Source: a virus
Lineage: Duplodnaviria > Caudoviricetes
Length of the DNA: 64,000 nucleotides
Reading direction: 5' to 3' (one strand)
Virus record (IMG/VR): IMGVR_UViG_3300028887_000100
Coordinates: 17,872 to 81,871 of that record
Numbering within the stretch: the stretch's first letter is position 1; each line of letters begins with the position of its first letter. This document shows, in pieces, positions 38,237 through 48,635 of the stretch. Position numbers and translations under genes: made by a program. Under the pieces are notes generated by a model, which worked only from the letters and a program-made list of their open reading frames with translations, did not search any database and had not been told where the DNA came from.

Positions 38237-39054
38237 GCATCAATCAACATTGACTTTGATACACCTCTAATGCCAAGCTGACTCATGTACTTACTTGTGA
38301 TTGATGTACCTGTCGCATATTTAAGCGGATTCTCTTTCTTCATACGCTCCGCACACACTGCCATAAATGCTCGTAAAAACAGCTTTACATCATATCCTTC
38401 ATCGTCTCGTAAAGCTAACTTGACAGATGCTTTAAAAACATTTGCTCCATCAGCTGTATCAATGTTGTCAATGACCTTATTGACATACCCATAAAAATCC
38501 TTAACTCCATATATCAGCATATGCTCGACATCTCCCGGAACATCGCATATATCACAAATCATGCCAAGCTCATCTGCTTTAGATACTCCCAAACGCTTGG
38601 AATATGCTCTAATTTCGTCGGAAGTATATGGGTCTAACTGAAATATCGATGCTCGACTCTTAACTGTCTCTAAAGTCATTTCCGTGCTTTCCAGCGTCAT
38701 AACAAAATAAGCGTTATTTGGTGGTTCTTCCGTTATCTTCAATAGTGAATTTTTAGCTTGTACTGACATTGTATCCGCATCTGCGATTATGTAGATAATT
38801 GGATTCACTGCGCGATAGCTCGTAGCTATCATCTCTCGTATAGTATCTATCTTGACATCAGGAAGCTTATATGATGTGATTGACGGATTGCATTTTCTGA
38901 ACTCATCGACTATCCAATCGCACATTGTCTTTTTACCACTTCCTACCTGTCCTGTTAAGATGCAAAATCTTGGAAAATCGCTGTTGTGTATAAGCATCTT
39001 AAATATATCTTGTAATCTCTTCTGACCTGTCATTCTTTGCCTCCCTCTATCCAA
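38200..39054 (-). CDS. holB: Clamp loader delta-prime subunit (HolB-like)
   Basis: GQVGSGKKT, AKNSLLKITEEPP and TVKSRA (SRC-like) motifs. Confidence 0.8.
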   Translation of the reverse strand: MDRGRQRMTGQKRLQDIFKMLIHNSDFPRFCILTGQVGSGKKTMCDWIVDEFRKCNPSITSYKLPDVKIDTIREMIATSYRAVNPIIYIIADADTMSVQAKNSLLKITEEPPNNAYFVMTLESTEMTLETVKSRASIFQLDPYTSDEIRAYSKRLGVSKADELGMICDICDVPGDVEHMLIYGVKDFYGYVNKVIDNIDTADGANVFKASVKLALRDDEGYDVKLFLRAFMAVCAERMKKENPLKYATGTSITSKYMSQLGIRGVSKSMLIDAWIIEMRRYWTR

Positions 39055-40073
39055 AGCAGTAATCTTGCTTCTATGTCGTATTTAGGTGCGGAACTATACT
39101 TGATATCATTATCAATCTTTACAATCTCATTCAGCAAATCCGTAAAGATGTCGTTATCTTTTAACCACTTATCAAGTCTCTTCTCATACTCATCAAGTCT
39201 TGGTATGTTCATCTGCTTCCAATCACATCCAAGTGCGTATTTGTTGACATCAAGTAAAAACTGCACATAGCTCTTGATAAATCGCTTTAAATCTTTGCCC
39301 TGTGCGTGTATATCGTCTATGATTGACCACATCGCCATAGTATCACCATACACCAACTTATCTGTCAACTGAAACATAGTATCATAGTTTGTAACACCAA
39401 GTGCTTTCACAACATTTTCAAGTGTCAAGTCAAGGCTGTAAGATAAAGCTTTATCCATAAGTGTGATTGCATCCCGCATACCACCATCTGCTATCTTTGC
39501 TATGTACTCAACTGCTTCTAAATCTTGATGGTCACCTGTCGGTATATTTCCTACTTCAACTTCTTGTGCTAATATCCAATCAAGCCTTTTTACAATACCT
39601 TGGTGACTTATCCTTTGAAAATCATACCTCTGTACTCTTGAAAGAATCGTCTTAGGTATTTTCTGCGGGTCTGTTGTACAGAAAATAAAAATGCTCTTAG
39701 CAGGTGGCTCTTCAAGAAGCTTCAGAAAAGCTTGCCAACCCATTAAACTGATTGCGTGGCACTCATCTATGATGAACACCTTATATTCACTATCAAGTGA
39801 TTTTGTTTTTGCCTGCTGAATGATGTTTCTTACATCTTCCACGCTACTATTTGACGCGGCATCCATCTCAATAGGATTGCCTTTGCCTTTATTTATCTCT
39901 GATGCAAAAATACGCGCACATGTTGTTTTACCTGTACCAGCTCCACCACAAAATAAATATGCATGTTTTACTTCATTACTCTCCAACTGTTGCTTCAAAA
40001 TCACTTTGATGCTCTCCTGCTCTGTTACGTCATCAAATGACTTAGGTCTATATTTTACTGCTAACGATATCAT
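39030..40073 (-). CDS. dnaX: Clamp loader gamma/tau subunit (DnaX-like)
   Basis: LAVKYRPKSF, GGAGTGKTT, IIDECH, FLKLLEEPP, TILSRVQ and GGMRDA motifs. Confidence 0.93.
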   Translation of the reverse strand: MISLAVKYRPKSFDDVTEQESIKVILKQQLESNEVKHAYLFCGGAGTGKTTCARIFASEINKGKGNPIEMDAASNSSVEDVRNIIQQAKTKSLDSEYKVFIIDECHAISLMGWQAFLKLLEEPPAKSIFIFCTTDPQKIPKTILSRVQRYDFQRISHQGIVKRLDWILAQEVEVGNIPTGDHQDLEAVEYIAKIADGGMRDAITLMDKALSYSLDLTLENVVKALGVTNYDTMFQLTDKLVYGDTMAMWSIIDDIHAQGKDLKRFIKSYVQFLLDVNKYALGCDWKQMNIPRLDEYEKRLDKWLKDNDIFTDLLNEIVKIDNDIKYSSAPKYDIEARLLLWIEGGKE

Positions 40074-40273
40074 TTTTCCTCCTCATACTTGATAAATGCT
40101 AAAGCTAATCCACACCCTAAACAGATGACTATACCAGTAATCCATAATTTAATCTGTGATGTAAGTCCACTCGCTTCAGATGTCTCAGAAAAGAAACAAA
40201 TCAATCCGAATATAAATCCTACAACAAGCACTATCTTGATAATCAATAAACATGCTTTCATAACTTTGTACAT
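40070..40273 (-). CDS. Small two-TM membrane protein
   Basis: Two hydrophobic helices. Confidence 0.55.
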   Translation of the reverse strand: MYKVMKACLLIIKIVLVVGFIFGLICFFSETSEASGLTSQIKLWITGIVICLGCGLALAFIKYEEEK

Positions 40274-40276
40274 GTA

Positions 40277-40501
40277 TCATTTCCCCTTTCCTACAAGTGC
40301 GTATTCAGCGTAATTAGTTACATGTCCATAACGATTTATCGTAGTACACATATTGGTCAGAATATTCATTCCGTGATGATGTCTCAACACATGAATGATT
40401 GCCGAAAGTCTTGTGATGCCTAAGTCAAAAGCTTCCATACTTGTGACTCTCTCGCCATCTTCAAGTTTCTGCTTAATAATGCTTAATTGTGTTGCGTCCA
40501 T
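40277..40501 (-). CDS. Winged-helix DNA-binding protein
   Basis: VTSMEAF.LGITRLSAII..LR. Confidence 0.7.
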   Translation of the reverse strand: MDATQLSIIKQKLEDGERVTSMEAFDLGITRLSAIIHVLRHHHGMNILTNMCTTINRYGHVTNYAEYALVGKGK

Positions 40502-40818
40502 TGTAATACCTCCTTAAAAGTCTTTTCATCTATGATGTAATAGCGACTGACATTATCACCAAAGTCAAAACATAAAGCATTATAGCTTTTATTCATTGCG
40601 AATGCTTCTTCCTTGTTCTTATCAAGCCAATCACGTTTGATGCTGAATGATGCTTTTTCTGTCGTTGCTGTCTTGCATTCTATCAGCCAATCTTCTGTCG
40701 TAACATCACCCTTTTTAAACTCTGTAGCTCCGCTGTTTGCTGTCTGCTTTCCTTTAATAACTTTAGCAACCGCCTTTTCTTGACGGTTGCTATAAAATCT
40801 CGTAGGTCTTTTGTTCAT
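40483..40818 (-). CDS. PD-(D/E)xK nuclease / resolvase-like protein
   Basis: QE..VAK, SGAT..KGDV and LIECK motifs. Confidence 0.7.
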   Translation of the reverse strand: MNKRPTRFYSNRQEKAVAKVIKGKQTANSGATEFKKGDVTTEDWLIECKTATTEKASFSIKRDWLDKNKEEAFAMNKSYNALCFDFGDNVSRYYIIDEKTFKEVLQWTQHN

Positions 40819-40819
40819 G

Positions 40820-42430
40820 TCATCTCCAAATTAACCACTGTAGTATATTGTTTTCAAGCACATATCCAAGATTGTACTCTAAAGAACACGGGTATTTTTT
40901 ATCATCTTCCCTAAATTCTTTGCATTGATTCTTGATACATTCCAGCGACTTCTTAACTGCATCAACAAGCTCATTATAAAGTGTTTTACTCATTTCAAGC
41001 TGTTTTTCAAGTGATACAATCAGATAATCAAGCTGACTAATACGCTTCTTTATCTGTTCAAAAAGCTCATCAGGCGTGTATAGATAAGTGGGAATCGTAC
41101 AACTGTAATAGGGTTTATCTGCTTTCTCTCTGCGCGGGTCATCTTTCGGTAAATCAGTAACATTGATGTAAGCCCAAATCGTATAACTACAATTCACACC
41201 ACGACTGTTTCTACCACTCACAGTAAGTACCGGATGGTGGTCATCTGAATATCTCTCACACCCATAATTCGCATTCTTGAAACTCTTTGCTCTTGAAGCA
41301 AAATCTGAACCATCTTTCTTCTTCAGAATCTTGACTTTTGACCAAAGCTCTTTCTCAAGCTTTGCTGTCTCAATGCTGTCAAGAAGTGAACGCCTTACAT
41401 CTTCAAAATCTCTGATTTCTTTATTCATAAGCTTTCCTCCTTTCACGCGATGGTGATGCTGATGTATGAATTGTCATTGTCATCTGTAAAACTGATTACA
41501 CGCTCAACTGTGCGGATAAGGGTCTTGTAAAGCTCATCGGGGTCTGTTGTAGCTCTGAAGTTTGCACAAGCTCCTTCATAAATCAAATTGCCATTTGTAT
41601 CTTCAATGCGAATCTGCTCCCAACCAACAATAACTGAAAGAATGTTTGTTAATACCATAATCATTTCTCCTTTCGATGCTTACGAATTTTTCAAGTGTCT
41701 CATCTCAACTGACAAGAACATTATACAACACGTTTTTGTATTTGTCAACAACTTTTTTGAAAAAATTTTATTTTTTATTTTTCTCGATGTAAAACTGCTG
41801 TCCTAAGCTATCTTCCCACAGATTCTCATCTACTTTCTTAAATCCTGCTGATGCAAGCGTTATCTCTGCTTCTTTCTTTGTCTTGAAACCCGGATGTGCA
41901 ATTCTTGACTTACCATTTACTGTCGCCATAACTAACCATTTTCCAAAAGCTTTCATATTGTCTCTCCTTTCACGCAAACCAAGCACTGTTGAATCCGAAC
42001 ATTAATAACAGCTGTCCTCGATTTCTTCAATCTCTGCACCAGTAAGCCCGCACTCTTTCTGAAGTATTCGCTCTTTATCGGTGATTGAAGCTGAAATAAT
42101 CATCTTTTCCTCTGCGCTGTATCTTGCACTAAGAAACATCTTCATAAGCTTTTTAACACCAGATATAAGCTCGTTCTTAATATGCTCATCAATATCTTTC
42201 TTGCTATTGAAAACAACGTGGTCAATGTAGTAGCCTCTGTATTTTGTCATATCTCGTACCTCACTCTATTACAAATCTTGAAAATCTATCATCAATATCA
42301 TCTTTGCAAGCATCAACAAACTTATTTGCCCAATTAACTGAATTAAATGTTGCTATCAAATCTTTGCTCTGAACCTCTCCGCAATAATTAAAGAACTCGA
42401 TGTACACATTAACTTTGTTTGTTTTCTTCA
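40820..42430 (-). other. Small early genes (40820, 41443, 41768, 42002, and about 42264-42430)
   Basis: RBS-bearing ORFs downstream of the promoters at 41720-41748 and 42479-42507. Confidence 0.6.
41720..41748 (-). promoter_or_regulatory. Consensus sigma-A promoter
   Basis: TTGACA-17-TATAAT with AAACGTGT. Confidence 0.85.
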
Positions 42431-42478
42431 TATCTCGTACCTCACTTTTCTGTCGCTGTCTCTCTCAATCACAAGAAC

Positions 42479-42507
42479 ATTATATAACACGTTTAGCCAT
42501 TTGTCAA
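42479..42507 (-). promoter_or_regulatory. Consensus sigma-A promoter
   Basis: TTGACA-17-TATAAT with AAACGTGT. Confidence 0.85.
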
Positions 42508-42532
42508 CACTTTTTTTAAATTTTTTTTCAAA

Positions 42533-42564
42533 AAAATAAGAGACCCTCTCGGACCTCTTATTTT
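42533..42564 (-). terminator. Hairpin after dnaN
   Basis: aaaataagag/ctcttatttt inverted repeat. Confidence 0.65.
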
Positions 42565-42578
42565 ATCAAGCTTTAAGC

Positions 42579-43718
42579 TTACGCATTATCTTCCTCAAAC
42601 AAGCTCAAAATCTGCACGATATCACCATCAATAAGCTTGATTGCTGACTCATCACCAAACTGAAGTTCTACAGTATCTGTGGACTGCGCTTTTACATGCT
42701 TTGTAAATGCTACAGAATCAACAGTACATTCAAACTTATCCTTACTTCCTGACATATACGTAATATCTTCCACGCCTGTGCTTGCAAGTGATGATATCTT
42801 GACAGCTTTACCATCAAATGTCAGCTTGATTGCGTTGTCATCATATGCACCTATAAACAATGATATTCTATCAAGCGCCTGCATCAGTGCATTCTTTGAC
42901 AGCTTACAGCTGTAAGGCATATTTGCGTCTTTAAACTGCTTCAGTGCTTCTACGGGATAATCGTCAATACCTTCCATCGCATGTGTGTAAATCTGAATAT
43001 CTGAAGCGTAGAACAAAAGCACTCCCTCATCGTATCTCTCGACTGAAAACTTATCATCAGCTGACAATGCTAACAGCTCTATAACTGTCGGAGACAGTAT
43101 TACAGGCTCTTCCATAAGCTCTGCACTGTAAATGCTCATCTCATCTCCGTTTGTCGCGGCAATGATGTCTCCTGCATAATAACCTGTAAGATATGGTGCA
43201 TCCATCGAAACAGCAAGCGCGGGCTTTACAGAATTAAGCATCTTTGATACCACTGAAAGTTTGATATTGCCCGTTCCTGCTTCAGGCATCACTAAGTCAC
43301 TAATCGGGTCAGGATACTGTATGGAATTTCCCATTTCGTCATACTGTAAAGCTATAGTGTACTTTCCGTTACCTGTAACATTAAGCTTATCAGCATCAGC
43401 TTCCATCGTGATTTTCTCACAGGTCTGCTTTTCTATCAGCTTTGCAAACTGGTCAGCAAGCACTGTGGCATAGAACTCTCCTTCAATGTTCTTCTGTCTC
43501 ACATACAGATAATTGGTTCCTGTCTCATCTGACACAATCAGCGTAAGCTCTCCATCTTTTACTCTGATGCACATCAACTGTGTAAGTGGTAAAAGCTTGT
43601 TATTACCTACTCCCTTGTAAGCTTTGCTTACCAATGTTTTGAATGTCTCCGCTGAAATCGTCAGCGCATTTGCTTTTACTGCTTCTGTCTTTGTCTCTGT
43701 CTTTTTCTTCCCTGCCAT
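42579..43718 (-). CDS. dnaN: Beta sliding clamp (DnaN-like)
   Basis: 379 aa with a three-domain pattern; IAATNG, YPV...F and LMQALDRISL motifs. Confidence 0.75.
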   Translation of the reverse strand: MAGKKKTETKTEAVKANALTISAETFKTLVSKAYKGVGNNKLLPLTQLMCIRVKDGELTLIVSDETGTNYLYVRQKNIEGEFYATVLADQFAKLIEKQTCEKITMEADADKLNVTGNGKYTIALQYDEMGNSIQYPDPISDLVMPEAGTGNIKLSVVSKMLNSVKPALAVSMDAPYLTGYYAGDIIAATNGDEMSIYSAELMEEPVILSPTVIELLALSADDKFSVERYDEGVLLFYASDIQIYTHAMEGIDDYPVEALKQFKDANMPYSCKLSKNALMQALDRISLFIGAYDDNAIKLTFDGKAVKISSLASTGVEDITYMSGSKDKFECTVDSVAFTKHVKAQSTDTVELQFGDESAIKLIDGDIVQILSLFEEDNA

Positions 43719-43903
43719 GATGTCTCTCCTTTACGCTTTAACTTCTTTTGAATACTCTTTCCATGCATCAGAAAATCTTCCAGCTTTGATGCAATCATGC
43801 ACTGAAATACCTAAAATGTGCATATTGTTTTTTGCAACCATTCTGTCAATCTTTCGCGTGTGTACTCTGCGAAACGGCTTTTGTCTTGTTCTTCCCATAA
43901 CTG

Positions 43904-44755
43904 TTATCCTTTCTTGAATTTATCGCTTATTATTTTTGGCACTGCATGGTCCCAATCTATGAGATGATGAATCCTCTTGTGTCCACAACCCATCTCTGAT
44001 ATTTTAACACATGAGGGATTTCCCATAACAGTGTAAAAAGACTTCACATATGTGCCCATCTGTAAGTAGGCGTCTGTTAAACCACCGCTGTTCTGCTGTG
44101 TGTCGTGCTGGTTTAATGTCATATCTGAGATTGTAAAAAACAGCTTGCCTCTACTTCCCAATGATACATAAGCGTTGACATCTTCATTAATTCTACCATA
44201 AAAATCAAAAGGTCTGTCAACTTTACAAAAAAAGCTGTTCATTGCTTTTCTCAGAATCTTTTCTTTAAACAGCTTACAGCCACTACCACCAATGAAATCT
44301 CCTGTCTGTCCAAATGCCACTGTCGTTGCTCCACTCGTTTCAAGGAAATCTATTGTCTCATCTATCACCGAATCTAAATCTGTACAGTAGACTGTGGCAA
44401 GCTTATCTCCGTCCCACATTCGACTTCTGAAGATTGTATAATCATCATCAAGCTCTAAAAAATATGTCAGGCCAAGCTTCTTAGCTATCTCAAAACAGCT
44501 GTTACGTGCAAACAATACAATATTTCGATTATCAACTAAATCCATTGTATCACAGCTCTTGGCTTTCTTCTTTTTGTCAAACATAATGACATTTTCAGCA
44601 CCAAATCGCTGTCGATATAAATCTGCCTGCTTATCCTCATTATCGATGATATAATAGATTCTATTTGTATTTCCGCATCGCTTTAATGTATCTGTCGTTA
44701 TCACATTATCAGCTCTGCCATGTGTCAGTATGAAAATGGCAAAATCAGCTCTCAT
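43904..44755 (-). CDS. TAGT/GREB1-like glycosyltransferase
   Basis: FILTHGRAD, RN..FEIA, ELDDDY, GRINEDV and KSFYTVM motifs. Confidence 0.75.
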   Translation of the reverse strand: MRADFAIFILTHGRADNVITTDTLKRCGNTNRIYYIIDNEDKQADLYRQRFGAENVIMFDKKKKAKSCDTMDLVDNRNIVLFARNSCFEIAKKLGLTYFLELDDDYTIFRSRMWDGDKLATVYCTDLDSVIDETIDFLETSGATTVAFGQTGDFIGGSGCKLFKEKILRKAMNSFFCKVDRPFDFYGRINEDVNAYVSLGSRGKLFFTISDMTLNQHDTQQNSGGLTDAYLQMGTYVKSFYTVMGNPSCVKISEMGCGHKRIHHLIDWDHAVPKIISDKFKKG

Positions 44756-45140
44756 CTTTTGTCCTTCTTCCTGTCTGGTCCATAATCTGCTTAATGTTTT
44801 TACTCAGCTTTACATACCCATTCACAATAGCATCATTGATATCAATTATCACCAACGCTGATTCTTCCATCAATCTCTGCACTTCAGGTTCTGCATGGGC
44901 ATAAAAGTCTGCTATCTTTGCATAATTGAACACTATATGCCTTGTTGCTCCAAGCTTCAGAAAGTCTTTAATTTCGTCTGGAATATCGGACTTGTTGATA
45001 TTCTGCATAAGCTTTTTATACTGTGCTAAATCACAAAGCTCATGCATCTTAGGAGCTATTGCACTTGGTAAATACTGAGGTGGTAATACTTTTGCTGTGT
45101 ATTTGGTATCAACTTCTTTTTTGATTTTAAACAATGGCAT
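44745..45140 (-). CDS. Small partner of the TAGT-like gene
   Basis: ATRHIVFNYAKIADFYA...IIDINDAIVNGY. Confidence 0.65.
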   Translation of the reverse strand: MPLFKIKKEVDTKYTAKVLPPQYLPSAIAPKMHELCDLAQYKKLMQNINKSDIPDEIKDFLKLGATRHIVFNYAKIADFYAHAEPEVQRLMEESALVIIDINDAIVNGYVKLSKNIKQIMDQTGRRTKDES

Positions 45141-45958
45141 TAAACTATCCTCCTGTATTCTGGACTGATTATCTTAGGTGTAAAACTTGCATAAGGTATT
45201 GTAGGTCTGTCCAATGCAACAGGTCTCTGACCTAATAGAACAAGATGCTGGTAATACTCTGACTTACTCATATTACCATAACAATCTGTTGTGGTGTGAG
45301 GGTCTCGGCAACATACTTGTAATCCAAATGGACATATCGACATCTTACCAATTTTGTTGTTCTGCAATATAATGTCCATATCTTCAAGTATGCTTGTTCT
45401 CAAAACGTCTGGCATTCTTTCAACATCATAGATAAACATATTTCCATATCTTGTAGAATACTTATCCGCACAAGTGCTGTTAACCCCAATATAAAAGCTT
45501 GAATTTGGTGGTCCAACAAGAACCAAATCATCACTCGAATTTAACAGATTAACATACATGTCCATCATTCTATCAAAGTCAAATTTTCTTGTTGATTTAA
45601 CCTTGTTCTCAGCACTTACATATCGAATCTGAAAATACTGTATATCATCAAAAAGATAACAAACGTATTTCACACCAAGCTGAAGTGCAAAGTCCTGAAC
45701 TGCTAATCTCGAATATGTACACACTTTATGAGTTTTAGCATAAACACCAATATCATCTATTTTGTCGATATAATCAGCTTTATCAAACACCAAAAGGTTA
45801 TCTTTGTATGTGGTCTTATACTCTTCAAGCTTAGGGTCATCAGTACCTACAACTATGTAGATAGGATATTTTACATCATGCTCTTTAAGCTGTTGTAACG
45901 TCATAATGTTATCAGGCTTACCATAGCTTGCTATGAAATAAGCAAAGTTATTTTTCAT
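45140..45958 (-). CDS. Second TAGT/GREB1-like glycosyltransferase (divergent paralogue)
   Basis: FIASYGKPD, LLVFDK, YLFDDI and SILEDM motifs. Confidence 0.7.
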   Translation of the reverse strand: MKNNFAYFIASYGKPDNIMTLQQLKEHDVKYPIYIVVGTDDPKLEEYKTTYKDNLLVFDKADYIDKIDDIGVYAKTHKVCTYSRLAVQDFALQLGVKYVCYLFDDIQYFQIRYVSAENKVKSTRKFDFDRMMDMYVNLLNSSDDLVLVGPPNSSFYIGVNSTCADKYSTRYGNMFIYDVERMPDVLRTSILEDMDIILQNNKIGKMSICPFGLQVCCRDPHTTTDCYGNMSKSEYYQHLVLLGQRPVALDRPTIPYASFTPKIISPEYRRIV

Positions 45959-46304
45959 CTACAATATCCTCCAATAACATTGAATAGTCATTAAGATACT
46001 TGAAATAACCTGATTCTATAGCTTTATCTGTATCTACTATCACGCTCTTTAAGGCTTCAAGCCAACGCTTAATATTAGCGTCTTTTGTGCTTGCGTATAA
46101 ATCTGCTAACTTCTCATACTTAAACACGATAAATCGCGTGGCAAGAATCTTAAAAAAGTTCTTATCATTTGTTGTCAAGCTACTATCTCCATCAATAGCT
46201 TTAACAAGCTCTAAATACTCAGTTAAATCCACACACTTGTTTTTATCAGTCATATCAAGATGTGGCTCGTAATAAAACTTAGGTTTAACTTCAAATAGTG
46301 CCAT
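45948..46304 (-). CDS. Small partner protein, paralogue of 44745-45140
   Basis: ATRFIVFKYEKLADLYA...IVDTDKAIESGY. Confidence 0.65.
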   Translation of the reverse strand: MALFEVKPKFYYEPHLDMTDKNKCVDLTEYLELVKAIDGDSSLTTNDKNFFKILATRFIVFKYEKLADLYASTKDANIKRWLEALKSVIVDTDKAIESGYFKYLNDYSMLLEDIVDEK

Positions 46305-46319
46305 AAAATTTATCTCCTC

Positions 46320-48635
46320 TTAGATTTCGACTGTCTGTCCATACCATTCTTTTGTTATCTCGACATCGCACTTGATTGGCATCTTCAAAATTTCCTCAGC
46401 GGCCTCTGACATCGTTTTTGCCAACAGCTCGGAACATTCTTTGATGTTTTCCTCAGGACACTCTGCTATGACCTCATCATGTACGGGTATAAGCAATCTG
46501 AATCCAAGCTCTTTTAATCTTTCACTTTTACTCAGCTTTATCATGGCAAGCTTTGTCAAATCAGCGGCGCTACCTTGTATTCTCGAATTTACAACCTGTC
46601 GTGTAGCATCTGCGATTTTACCACCGTTGTCAATTATCAGGATTCCCTTTTCCTGCGCTTCTTTTTTGATTTTAAGCTTATCCTTAAACCAAGCTCGTTT
46701 AAGACGCTTCCTGAGCAAATCCTGCGTTTTGGCGGGTACTTCCTGCTCTAACTGTACGGGCTTCCCATTCTCATCAAAAGGTAAATCACTGCTGAAGTCT
46801 AAAACGTCATCATCTACAGGAACACCATTGATATATTTAAACTCATATTCCTCAAGCTGAAGCTCTGGCAATCTACGCTTTCTTCCACATACTGTTGTGA
46901 CATAACCTAAATCATATGCCATATCAAGTGAATCTTGCTCAAATTTCTCAATCGCTGGAAATCCTCTGAATACACTGCTTTTTATTGCTTTAGCTTTTTC
47001 CTCTGTACAGCCTAATTGCTCCGCTATACTTGCTTCACCTCTGCCATACAAAACTCCCAACAGAATGCTCTTTGCCTGCGTTCTACGCTCCTTACCTTCT
47101 TTGTTTTTGCTTCCGTCTGCATTGAACTCTCTGCACTCATCATAAGGCTTGTTAAAAGCTTTGGAAGCAATCTCAGAATACAAATCCTTACCTGCCATAA
47201 ATGTGTTATACATCTGTGGGTCTCCTGCTTCTTTACAAAGTGCGGCAAGACATTTAGGTTCCTGCTGTGAAAAGTCGCTACTCATCAGCAAGTATCCGGG
47301 TGATGCTGTAAACATCTTTCTGATGTCTTTATTATGACTTGGTATATTCTGAAGATTTGGCTCACTGCTTGACATTCTACCTGTCTTTGCCCCATATTGA
47401 TTGAACTTACAATGTATCTTTCCATCATCGGGATTGACACACTCAGGAAGCTTATCTATGAACGTGGAAACAAGTGTTGCCAAGCTTCTATGCTCTAATA
47501 CTGCTTTTGATACATCATTATTTATCTTTGTAAGCGTCTCCTCATCTGTACTTCTCGGAGACTTCTTGTTTACAGGCTCTATACCCATGATATCGTAAAA
47601 TAATATCGCAAGCTGTGCGGAACTGCCTATATTGATTGGATTGTCAAGCTTTGCTCCATTCTTTCGTGCTTTATCTATCTCAGCTTTATATGGCTTCAAA
47701 GTCTCGTAAAAAGCTTGCACCTTTTCGTCAAGTAGTGCATTATACTTTTCCGACAAACTCTTGCTATACTCTGTATTAATCAAAACACCAGTATCTTCCA
47801 TATCTGCTACAACAGGAACACAAGCCATCTCAATATTCTTGAACACCCAATAAAGCTGTCGCATATCTTCACGCTCATGGTCAGGTCTCAAATACTGTCT
47901 CTGATAATCAGAAAACTCTGTTGTAATTATAGTGTCGTGTGCGGCATACAGATATCCAATATTGTATGGTATCAATGTAAACGGTATACCTTTAAACAGC
48001 TCATCAAATGTGAACGCATCACCCTGTCCATTCATTACATACTTTTGATGTAATGGCTTCAGCTTGTTTGTAGGCTCGTTTTCGTTAAGAATACGCGCGC
48101 CTAAATAAGCATCCCATGTACAGTAGATATCTGGAACACCAAAGTGTCGCATGACTCTGATATCAAAATCAGCATTGAACATGTCAATATCTGGCTTTTT
48201 CTTCAGTAATCGCTTGAACTCCTCACGCACAAAATCAGCATCAAGCTGTCCAACAGCTTTCTGTTGTGTGATATAGCTAATATGATTGATTGGAATGTAT
48301 GCACTCTTTTGACCATATGTGTAAATACATGGTCCCGCAATCTTATTACGCATCGGGTCAAGACCATCAGTCTCAGTATCAAGCGAAAAGTATCCATTGC
48401 CTATACATTCTGTGATGTAATCATGAAGCACTTCCTTATCTGTGATACATAAATACTCATCACGATACTTTCCAAGATTCTTTTCGACCATCTGCTTAAT
48501 CTGTTCAATTCTACCGATTAAACTGGTCCCGCCCTTTAATGACGGGACCACTTGTTTTGCTGTAGCTGTCTTGCCTGCGATTGACTTATCTAAAGCTCTA
48601 TTTGTCTTTGTCTTAGGCAACGTAAACAACGGCAT
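46320..48635 (-). CDS. polA: Family A DNA polymerase with 3'-5' exonuclease
   Basis: SLDTETDG, TGRMSSSEPNLQNIP, SDFSQQEP, AKSILLGVLYG and PVHDEV motifs. Confidence 0.96.
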   Translation of the reverse strand: MPLFTLPKTKTNRALDKSIAGKTATAKQVVPSLKGGTSLIGRIEQIKQMVEKNLGKYRDEYLCITDKEVLHDYITECIGNGYFSLDTETDGLDPMRNKIAGPCIYTYGQKSAYIPINHISYITQQKAVGQLDADFVREEFKRLLKKKPDIDMFNADFDIRVMRHFGVPDIYCTWDAYLGARILNENEPTNKLKPLHQKYVMNGQGDAFTFDELFKGIPFTLIPYNIGYLYAAHDTIITTEFSDYQRQYLRPDHEREDMRQLYWVFKNIEMACVPVVADMEDTGVLINTEYSKSLSEKYNALLDEKVQAFYETLKPYKAEIDKARKNGAKLDNPINIGSSAQLAILFYDIMGIEPVNKKSPRSTDEETLTKINNDVSKAVLEHRSLATLVSTFIDKLPECVNPDDGKIHCKFNQYGAKTGRMSSSEPNLQNIPSHNKDIRKMFTASPGYLLMSSDFSQQEPKCLAALCKEAGDPQMYNTFMAGKDLYSEIASKAFNKPYDECREFNADGSKNKEGKERRTQAKSILLGVLYGRGEASIAEQLGCTEEKAKAIKSSVFRGFPAIEKFEQDSLDMAYDLGYVTTVCGRKRRLPELQLEEYEFKYINGVPVDDDVLDFSSDLPFDENGKPVQLEQEVPAKTQDLLRKRLKRAWFKDKLKIKKEAQEKGILIIDNGGKIADATRQVVNSRIQGSAADLTKLAMIKLSKSERLKELGFRLLIPVHDEVIAECPEENIKECSELLAKTMSEAAEEILKMPIKCDVEITKEWYGQTVEI

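Noticed and set aside
22872-48635. Introns or inteins in terL, recA or polA
   Set aside because: The ORFs are continuous, of ordinary length, and have no splicing motifs.
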